From assembly GCA_038525605.1 (NCBI GenBank), contig JBCBHL010000001.1:1-63724 (forward strand): a stretch of DNA of 63,724 bases. The letters are read 5' to 3'. The DNA is from Bacteroidota bacterium. GTDB taxonomy: Bacteria; Bacteroidota; Bacteroidia; Cytophagales; Cyclobacteriaceae. Below the pieces are notes generated by a model. The model saw only the letters and a program-made list of their open reading frames with translations, did not search any database and was not told where the DNA came from. Shown here piece after piece: positions 39,075 to 47,124 of this stretch. The translations under genes were made by a program, and so were the position numbers. Position 1 is the stretch's first letter, and each line of letters starts with the position of its first letter.

Positions 39075-41063
39075 TTATGAATTCATGTAAATTCTCTCAA
39101 AGCTATAATCGCCCGATCCACTTTCGCTATCAATATCACTATCATTTGTTTTGCTGATCAGGCAGTTACTCAGTTGCGCAACAATATCATCTATATCCAG
39201 GCTATTTGCTTTGGCATCCTGGATAACCTTTCGTACATATTCATCTGCTTTGTATAAAGAAAAAGTGTTAATTTGAGCAATGATACTTTCTTGATCTGCT
39301 GGTCTTAAATCTCCAAACCTTAAGACGGTTTGATCTTCCGGAATTGGGTCTTCCGGTTCATCTTCTTCCAGCCTCCATTCTGCAAGTTCTTGGGGACTTA
39401 GATTGGGCCTTACATAATCCTCCGGTTGTGCTTCTATCCTTGAATCACCAAATTCGGGACCTATCCCAACAGACCACGGTATCAGTATTTGAACGCCTCC
39501 AAAGGCCAATTGCATACTTTTAATAAACTCCGGATTGTCCAATTCACCTAACTTTTTAATGATTGCTTCCACTTGAGTACCTCTTTTGGTAATATCCTCT
39601 TCCTCCAGATCATAGAAATATAGCGATCTCCAAATCCTCATGGTTATGTATTGAATCAGCTCCTCCATCATTTCCTGAGGTTTATTTCTTAGGTTGCTGT
39701 ATTGACGAAGGCTCACTGGCTGTGTTTTATCATTCGGCACATTTAAACCTATGAACACACCCGGCACATCGCTTCCGGCAGCTAACAGGTCATCACCTTC
39801 AATCACTACTCCGGGCTGCCTCAGCACCCAACGTAGGTCGCGACTCACCCTCATCCCTTCAGAATCTTTCCCTCCGGCGAATTTAGACCACCATTTCCCC
39901 CTACCTTGCTTGTGTTCAAGAAAACCAAATACATAGCCCGTATTTCTAAAATGATTCTTGTCTTGTTCAATAATGTTCGCTTCGACAACTGCATCAGCAG
40001 ACTTAGCCTTGGCTTGCCTTTCCCTATACTCGGCGCTTTGCAACTCACCTACTTCCTGAATTTCTTCCCTGCTTGTTGCTTTTCCATACCAGGTGACCAT
40101 CAAGTCCGGTATCATAGCAAGCAATCGTGTTCGAATGGGCGTTATTAACTGGTTGATGGCCTGTACTTCACGATCCGTGTTTTTACTATCAAATTTCGTT
40201 TGTACTTCATTTCTCATTTGAGGTTGTTCTGTTTCTTCAACACTCCCCAACAATCCTCCACCACTCAAATATTCGAATGCGTTTTCAGATCTTTCCCATC
40301 CTCCCGCAACTTCATTTATATGTATATGATTTCCCTTACTGCTACCATAATAATCCCAAACATCTTCAATGTACTTTTGAAAGGCAGTATTATCTCTATA
40401 ATCCGGAAGCAAATTATTCATTCTCGTCCTGAAATACTTCCTTTTCCTTATCCGTGATTTTCGCCTATTTGGTGCGTTTGTATAGATTCTACCCTGAATT
40501 ACCTCATTGCCGGTATTGTAAACCGAAGAATTAAGTTGGCGTTGCTCGCTACCGACAGATAATCTGTCCATAGCCGCCTTATTTCCCATCACATCAGCTT
40601 CTCTTTCCAGACTCGCATCATCATTGAAATTAACTCCTTTTTTGAATTGAAGTGTAGGTTTTACTCTGCCCTGCTTTTGTTGTACCACGTGCCATGCCTC
40701 GTGAGGCAGGTGCTTTTCTTGTCCGGGACCCAAGTGGATGTTTGTTCCCTGTGCGTAAGCATGAGCTTGAAGCTGTGCCGGCTTTGACGAATTGTAATGG
40801 ACCTTTACATCGTCCATCGAAAAACCGGAAAGGTTTTCAATACCTGTTTTGAGCTGATCAGGTAGACCAGCATTAGATCGATTCGTCCGCAGATCAGCTA
40901 AAGGCGCACTTTTCTCTTGTCTTTGAATCACCGCTGCTATTTCACGGTTTTTTGCTGTTGTAGGGCGATTATCTTCTATTGTCCCAGCATTTCCGGGTTT
41001 TTCAGGTGCTATGTCAAGTGACCTGTGATTTTTATCTTTCGACTCTCTGTAGGGTAATTTCAT
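39075..41063 (-). CDS. DUF4157 / eCIS-core domain protein, C-terminal family D (shared with 54335-56179)
   Basis: 662 aa. N-terminal block HEAWHVVQQKQGRVKPT. C-terminal blocks GYVFGFLEH, RWVLRQPG, VPGVFIGL and VQILIPWS match YVFGWLEH, RWILNQPG, VPGFIVGV and VQILFPWS of the 614-aa paralog. Confidence 0.8.
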   Translation of the reverse strand: MKLPYRESKDKNHRSLDIAPEKPGNAGTIEDNRPTTAKNREIAAVIQRQEKSAPLADLRTNRSNAGLPDQLKTGIENLSGFSMDDVKVHYNSSKPAQLQAHAYAQGTNIHLGPGQEKHLPHEAWHVVQQKQGRVKPTLQFKKGVNFNDDASLEREADVMGNKAAMDRLSVGSEQRQLNSSVYNTGNEVIQGRIYTNAPNRRKSRIRKRKYFRTRMNNLLPDYRDNTAFQKYIEDVWDYYGSSKGNHIHINEVAGGWERSENAFEYLSGGGLLGSVEETEQPQMRNEVQTKFDSKNTDREVQAINQLITPIRTRLLAMIPDLMVTWYGKATSREEIQEVGELQSAEYRERQAKAKSADAVVEANIIEQDKNHFRNTGYVFGFLEHKQGRGKWWSKFAGGKDSEGMRVSRDLRWVLRQPGVVIEGDDLLAAGSDVPGVFIGLNVPNDKTQPVSLRQYSNLRNKPQEMMEELIQYITMRIWRSLYFYDLEEEDITKRGTQVEAIIKKLGELDNPEFIKSMQLAFGGVQILIPWSVGIGPEFGDSRIEAQPEDYVRPNLSPQELAEWRLEEDEPEDPIPEDQTVLRFGDLRPADQESIIAQINTFSLYKADEYVRKVIQDAKANSLDIDDIVAQLSNCLISKTNDSDIDSESGSGDYSFERIYMNS

Positions 41064-41274
41064 TTGTCGTAATAATCAGTTTAAGCATTTCACCAGTATC
41101 ATCTGGTAATTATCATTAATCAAGATTCCAGTTGGTATTTAGGTAAAGACTATCTGTTATCTAAACAACTCCAAACGAGAGATTTAAAATCTAAGTCTCT
41201 GACTTCAGCATGGAGCTTTTTAGTTAATTCATTGTCACGCGGCTAAATAGAAAAACCGTTTAATCCATATTATT

Positions 41275-42648
41275 CTATCTTCGATAGATCGTCAGTCTTA
41301 TCGGATCTTTCGGCCTCAAACTCATCTCCGGAACGAATTCCAGTTCATAATTGGATTCATCCCGGAAGTAGAATTTATTATGAACTTTGATTAACGCAAT
41401 CATCATTTCCGACATGGCAAATTGTTCGCCAATGCACAGACTAGGTCCACCACCAAATGGCATGTAGGCATATTTTGGTGTTTTTTTGAATGCTTCTTTC
41501 TCAAACCTCTCCGGCTGGAACGCTTCCGGGTTTTCCCAATATTTTTCCATTCTGTGAAGCACAAAAACCGGGATCGCCACATTGATACCTGCTGGTACAT
41601 GATAGCCATTGATCGTATCGTCATTGATTGCCTGTCTCTGATAAAAAAATGCAGGAGGACAGAGCCTTAGAGTCTCCTTCACCACCTGCCGGACATATTC
41701 TGCTTCTCTGATTTCTTCTGGCGCTCCTGTAAGGGAATGTTGATCAATGTACTGATCTACTTTCTGGTAAACTTCCTGATTGGCAGAAAGATTATACATC
41801 ATGTAGGCCATCGCATGTGCGGTCGTTTCATGACCTGCCAGCATAATTGTAATGAGCTCATCTCTCACCTGGGTTTCCGACATTTTTTCTCCTGTCTCTT
41901 CATCCTCTATTGCCAGTAACATGTCCAGCATGTCATTTTGATGCGGAATTTCACCAGACTTTTTCCGTTCAATCAGCTTCTCAATTACCTTAAAAAGCTC
42001 TCTGGTCTTCTCTTTTTCTTTTTTATTCGCAGGTGTTGGAATCCAATCAGCGTATACAATTGGATTTTTGAACCTGTTCATAATTCGGTTGAGCACATAA
42101 CCTAACTTATCGGCGATGTCTGGCAGATCTTTTTCTATTTCTGTTTTGAAGAGTGCTTTGGCCACAATACGCAAAGCCAGGTGATTGAACTCTTGTGTTA
42201 AGTTCACTTCGTCACCATCTTTATATTTTTTATCCCATTCCGAAACCATATCATCAACGCATTGGCCAATGCCGGTCATCATTTGAAAAATATTATCTTT
42301 ATAGAAAACAGGCTGGATTAATCTTCTCTGTTTTTTCCAAAAATCTCCCTGGCTGGTTAAAAGACCATTGCCAAATAACGGTTTTAACTTAACAGTGAAC
42401 TCTCCTTTTTGATAGTTTTTCTGATTATTGATAAAAATATGCTTGATTGCCTCTGTGTCGTAAAGTACAATCATCCTTCCAGCTTCCACTGGCGCTGAAA
42501 GATAGGCTATATCACCACATTCCTTTTGAACATCTTTCAGATAGGACAGCATATCTCCCATCATTCCTTTTGAGTGTCCCATCAGCCAGTGCTTCTCTCT
42601 GGGCATTGGTGGTTTTTTAGCCACATTAGTATAATCTGTATTCTCCAT
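41275..42648 (-). CDS. Cytochrome P450
   Basis: 457 aa. I-helix AGHETT, K-helix ETLRL, heme-thiolate loop FGGGPSLCIGEQFA. It has no DUF4157 domain. Confidence 0.9.
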   Translation of the reverse strand: MENTDYTNVAKKPPMPREKHWLMGHSKGMMGDMLSYLKDVQKECGDIAYLSAPVEAGRMIVLYDTEAIKHIFINNQKNYQKGEFTVKLKPLFGNGLLTSQGDFWKKQRRLIQPVFYKDNIFQMMTGIGQCVDDMVSEWDKKYKDGDEVNLTQEFNHLALRIVAKALFKTEIEKDLPDIADKLGYVLNRIMNRFKNPIVYADWIPTPANKKEKEKTRELFKVIEKLIERKKSGEIPHQNDMLDMLLAIEDEETGEKMSETQVRDELITIMLAGHETTAHAMAYMMYNLSANQEVYQKVDQYIDQHSLTGAPEEIREAEYVRQVVKETLRLCPPAFFYQRQAINDDTINGYHVPAGINVAIPVFVLHRMEKYWENPEAFQPERFEKEAFKKTPKYAYMPFGGGPSLCIGEQFAMSEMMIALIKVHNKFYFRDESNYELEFVPEMSLRPKDPIRLTIYRR

Positions 42649-42904
42649 GGTGTTTGCGTTTTAGTTAATAATACTTTCTCTATAAAGTTAATTGTTTACT
42701 AATTCAATTCAGCCTCTATATAAATTCTCGCTGACTAGTCCTTTGACCTGTCTGATTTGTGCTTTCAGCCTTGTAATCTTATTTCAAAAAATATATCGCT
42801 GATAAATGCCTTCATGTTTCCACCTTATTTGCCAACCTAACTATTTACTGGATTTTGATCCACCCGTTGATTGTTCATCTAGCAGCTTACTACATTTTAT
42901 CCAG

Positions 42905-44875
42905 CTACTCCGGTAGAAATTCGTGCCACTTTTTAATCCATTCTTTTTGAGGTACCAGTTCATCCTGAATATCTCTTAACTCATAAACTCCTGCGTACAT
43001 AGCTGGAGTCTCATTAGAATTGATCTGTAACAGGTTCTGCTGATCCAAAGTGTTTATGTCCCGAATCTGGTAAGGATCTTTATTATCAGAAATTGCCGTC
43101 AGTTTCAATTCAAGTTCCTCTAGGATCTCTTCCCTTTTGTATAGCTTGCGGCTCAAAAATTTCATCGTATCAGTAATTGCCTGATAGAAATTATCTCTAA
43201 AACTTTTCTCTTCCCACCAATCTTTGTTTGCCCAGTCACTTAATTCTATTTGCTTACCAATTGGGGTTTTTGACAAAATCGGAAACCAGTTTTTCATTGT
43301 TGACTTTCGTCGAAAATGGTCTCTGCCTATGACTGCTGATCCGATTGTATACAGGTAGTAAAAGGCTATATTCTTCAAATAGTCTTTATCGGCTTCATCT
43401 AATTTTTTCTCAGAATACATTCCCATCATTCCTGTAACGCCATCAAGAAAGGTATCAGAAGTAATTGCTTTATGTAATGATGAATAGTAATTTCGTGAAT
43501 CAAGAGAAATCTGATCCATGTTCCCATCATGCACCGCTATTAAATCATTGAGTTTAGCTCCTATGTTTACCTGGATATTACCCAGCAATTCTTTATTCTC
43601 AAAGATTCTTTTTTCCGAATCTTCTGGTATGTAGTATCCAAAACCTTCCACCTCGATGTACCTATCTGCTGATTGAAGCACCTGGCTCACTATACTATTC
43701 AACCAGGTAGTCGCATGATCAATAATAACCGTAGCATCTTCTCTGCTTTTTACAGGTACCGTTACTATCTCTACAGCTGCATTTGTAAATAAATTACCGT
43801 CAATTTTTTCATCGATAAGTAACGGGGTGTGATCAACTTTTGCTTCCCAGCCTTGTTCAGTCTTTTCTTTGTCAAACACAGATGTGTTGTATCCTGGATC
43901 ATAACCAGCCGACAAATTACGATCCAGTCCTTTAAATATCGTGTTAAAAACCAGGTCGGAGAATTTCTGAGCATTAGCTTCCGTGCCCTCTTCATAGCCC
44001 TCTATTTCCGGACTATTTTCAATAAAATCTTGACTCAAAGACTTTCCTGCAACCCTATAATCCAAAATACCTTGAAAATTAGTTGCTATGAAGAATATAT
44101 GTCCACTGAGAGATGCTGAACTGTTTACAGGTTCCATCAATTCATCCTGATACTCTTCAATATCATTTGTATCTACTTCCTTTTGATAGAACAGTCTAAT
44201 CGCCTGTAGTTTCCGCCTATCTTCGCTATCATTATCCTTAATTGCCTCCAGACGCCCTGGTTTCAGAACGGGAAGAGATGTTTCTATCTCGATTCCTACC
44301 ATCGCATCATCACTTTTCCGAATGCGCTGAAAAACAGGTGTACTGATCGGTTTTAGAGACAATTGCCTTGTACTGTGAACCGCAGACTGGCTAAATTTAT
44401 GTGCCTTCTCTCCCATCAAATCGGCCTCTCTTTCCAGGCTTACATCGTCGTTGATATTTACTCCTCTTTTGAATTGAAAAGTAGGCCTCACCTTCCCCTG
44501 CTTCTGTTGTACGACATGCCAGGCTTCATGAGGCAGGTGTTTTTCCTGTCCGGGAGCCAGGTGGATGTCAGTACCTTGTGCGTAGGCATGGGCCTGAAGT
44601 TGCGCAGGTTTAGACGAATTATAATGGACGTTCACGTCATCCATTGAGTAGCCTGAGAGACTTTCAATACCTGATTTAAGTTGATATGGCAGACCATCAG
44701 TCTTTTTGCGAGGCAAAGGAATCTCAGCTGACTGGTGATTAATCGTCTCCCTGAGCTTTCTCTGGTGTACAGAAAGCGGGCGATTATCTGCAATAGCCAC
44801 AGTACCATAAGAAGACGCTGCTGCTTGTCTTGCAGCCCATTTTTGATCTTTGATTTCGGTTTTTACTGATTTCAT
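42905..44875 (-). CDS. DUF4157 / eCIS-core domain protein, C-terminal family C (GS/amidoligase-like motif order)
   Basis: 656 aa. N-terminal block HEAWHVVQQKQGKVRPT. C-terminal blocks VGIEIETS, AVEIVTVPV, GNIQVNIGA, WFPILSKT and GVYELRD are shared with the 47125 and 52101 genes. Confidence 0.8.
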   Translation of the reverse strand: MKSVKTEIKDQKWAARQAAASSYGTVAIADNRPLSVHQRKLRETINHQSAEIPLPRKKTDGLPYQLKSGIESLSGYSMDDVNVHYNSSKPAQLQAHAYAQGTDIHLAPGQEKHLPHEAWHVVQQKQGKVRPTFQFKRGVNINDDVSLEREADLMGEKAHKFSQSAVHSTRQLSLKPISTPVFQRIRKSDDAMVGIEIETSLPVLKPGRLEAIKDNDSEDRRKLQAIRLFYQKEVDTNDIEEYQDELMEPVNSSASLSGHIFFIATNFQGILDYRVAGKSLSQDFIENSPEIEGYEEGTEANAQKFSDLVFNTIFKGLDRNLSAGYDPGYNTSVFDKEKTEQGWEAKVDHTPLLIDEKIDGNLFTNAAVEIVTVPVKSREDATVIIDHATTWLNSIVSQVLQSADRYIEVEGFGYYIPEDSEKRIFENKELLGNIQVNIGAKLNDLIAVHDGNMDQISLDSRNYYSSLHKAITSDTFLDGVTGMMGMYSEKKLDEADKDYLKNIAFYYLYTIGSAVIGRDHFRRKSTMKNWFPILSKTPIGKQIELSDWANKDWWEEKSFRDNFYQAITDTMKFLSRKLYKREEILEELELKLTAISDNKDPYQIRDINTLDQQNLLQINSNETPAMYAGVYELRDIQDELVPQKEWIKKWHEFLPE

Positions 44876-44975
44876 CGTGTCGATCTGTTCTCAAATACAA
44901 AGTGTACCGAAATTGCGTTCCTTAGCCATCGGTGAACTGTACAAACAGACTGATTGCATGTTGCACCTTTCTCCT

Positions 44976-45063
44976 GCGCACAATTAAAAGATTATCCGGG
45001 AAGATGACTATAACAAATCCGACATTGTCTATGAATTACCGGACAACGGTTTTAGTGATCAAA
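44976..45063 (-). repeat. Conserved upstream-leader block, copy 1 (upstream of the 42905-44875 gene)
   Basis: gcgcacaattaaaagattatccgggaagatgactataacaaatccgacattgtctatgaattaccggac... recurs with few changes at 46676-46742 and 48958-49045. Confidence 0.7.
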
Positions 45064-45117
45064 TAAGAAGGAATGGACTATTTAATACTTACAGCAAATC
45101 TTAATGACAGAATGCTT

Positions 45118-46491
45118 TCATTTACTTTCTATATATCTTTTGAATAAATATGCATAAGTATCCGCATTAGCCACACTGTATTTAATGTCGAACTCATTAT
45201 CTTTTGCAGTAGTAGGACCAGTTGAGTAAAAATTGTCGTGGGTACCGGCAAAGTAGTGTGTTAGTTCATGCATAAAAGTATCTCTAACAGCTCCTTTGGT
45301 CTTTTTTTCATTACCTGATAAAATATTCATATTAAGATAAAGCCTGTCTCCATTTATTTGTTTTAATTCATCAGAGTCTTGAAGAAATTTAAAACTTGAT
45401 ATATTCTCGCCTTTAATAAATGGATCTTTTTTGATGGTAACCTTATCTATATTTTTAACCCCTTTGACTTTTTTGTTCTTTCTTTTAAAAGCTTCTTCAC
45501 TATGTTTTGAATAGCCGACCTTTTTAGAGTGTTCTTCTAATTCAATCTGTTTCACTAGCCCTAACACATCCCTTCCTATAGCACTGGAAATCTCAACAGT
45601 AATTGGACTTCCTTCCAGTCCTGTTTTCACCCTGGAAAATGTTTGTATAATATACGGTAGATATCTTTTAGTAAGCGTGAAATTATTGATCGGTAGACCA
45701 AATGATTCTTGCAATATGATAAAAACCGGACTTTTTCTATTTCTACTGTATTCTTTTACCTGCATTCCATTGACCCGATTCAAGTCTATCAGAATCTTTG
45801 TTAAATTAGTCCTGATCTCCTCATATGCATCTTTGATGAGCCTTATGAAATCTTTATATTTTTTATTGCGAAACCTTGCATTTGACTTTATAATGAGGTT
45901 TTCATCTTCGTAAATATCCTTTCTTTGGATCGTTGATGAATGTACCTTTTCCGATACCAAACCTGGATTTCCGCTATTTTCAACCTGTTCATGATGAGAT
46001 TTCAAAGCCTTCTCTCCCATCACATCGGCCTCTCTTTCCAGAATTACGTCGTCGTTGATATTTACTCCTCTTTTAAATTGAAAAGTGGGTCTTACTCTAC
46101 CCTGCTTTTGCTGCACGACATGCCAGGCTTCATGCGGCAGGTGTCTTTCCTGTCCGGGAGCCAGGTGGATATCAGTGCCTTGCGCATAGGCATGCGCCCT
46201 TAACTGTGCAGGTTTAGAAGAGTTGTAGTGAACTTTTACATCGTCCATTGAGTAACCGGAAAGATTCTCAATCCCTGTTTTCAATTGGATAGGAAGACCG
46301 TCACTTCTTTTACTAAACTGAGGGTCAGGTTTTAGTGGGTGATTCATCGTTTCATGGAGCTTTCGCTGATAAACTGCACCGGGGCGATTGTCTGCTATGG
46401 TTGCTGCTCCATGTAAATGCTCTTCCACTTGTTGTCGCGGTTCTTTGCTAGTGGCAGATAAGTCGTATATCGTTTTGTTCATTTTGATCAA
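45118..46491 (-). CDS. DUF4157 / eCIS-core domain protein with a C-terminal HExxH (HELTH) metallopeptidase-like module
   Basis: 457 aa. N-terminal block HEAWHVVQQKQGRVRPT. C-terminal part ...VRDTFMHELTHYFAGTHDNFY. Confidence 0.8.
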   Translation of the reverse strand: MIKMNKTIYDLSATSKEPRQQVEEHLHGAATIADNRPGAVYQRKLHETMNHPLKPDPQFSKRSDGLPIQLKTGIENLSGYSMDDVKVHYNSSKPAQLRAHAYAQGTDIHLAPGQERHLPHEAWHVVQQKQGRVRPTFQFKRGVNINDDVILEREADVMGEKALKSHHEQVENSGNPGLVSEKVHSSTIQRKDIYEDENLIIKSNARFRNKKYKDFIRLIKDAYEEIRTNLTKILIDLNRVNGMQVKEYSRNRKSPVFIILQESFGLPINNFTLTKRYLPYIIQTFSRVKTGLEGSPITVEISSAIGRDVLGLVKQIELEEHSKKVGYSKHSEEAFKRKNKKVKGVKNIDKVTIKKDPFIKGENISSFKFLQDSDELKQINGDRLYLNMNILSGNEKKTKGAVRDTFMHELTHYFAGTHDNFYSTGPTTAKDNEFDIKYSVANADTYAYLFKRYIESK

Positions 46492-46675
46492 TAATCAATG
46501 AATTAGAAATTAGAATTGTCACTGTTGTTGATAAAAACCAGAAAGTGCAAGTCATTCGAAAACTAAAAACTAACCCGAATGCTGGTTCTTCAACAACCTG
46601 AATAGCAACGCCTGGCCATTATCAAATTATGACCTGATGCCTCGCTCTTTTCACATCGTCAAGTAAATAAGGTCT

Positions 46676-46742
46676 CTGCGATCTTACTATCAGAAACCCG
46701 ACATTCTCTGTGAATTACCGGACGGTGGTTTTAATAATCAAA
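46676..46742 (-). repeat. Conserved upstream-leader block, copy 2 (upstream of the 45118-46491 gene)
   Basis: ...cttactatcagaaacccgacattctctgtgaattaccggacggtggttttaataatcaaa. Homology with the 48958-49170 region continues to about 46890 (gttgattgatgcttgtctg, ttttgaagaactgct, agtttaaccaa.cttcattat). Confidence 0.65.
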
Positions 46743-47124
46743 GTATTGTTGATTGATGCTTGTCTGCATACAACACACCTGAACCAATCAACAGGTTTTG
46801 AAGAACTGCTCTGATACCCGAGCGTACCTGTTAAGATTAATTTCAGATTGCTTATGAAAAGTTTAACCAAACTTCATTATTTGACTTGTAACCTCCTATC
46901 GGTAGAAATACCAACAAAGACAATGAGGTAAAAACACCAATATCTGCAAAGATTACTTACAATCTCTTGTTGGTGACAACAGCAACAAGGGCAAACGATG
47001 AAACAGCAACAAGGGCAAAGACTAAAAGCCGGAATTTAGCCAGTCAACTTTTTCAGTTGTTACTTGTAGTCTCCAGGTAATGAAATATATTCGCAAATGG
47101 TCAGAAGGCCTTTAAATGATACAC

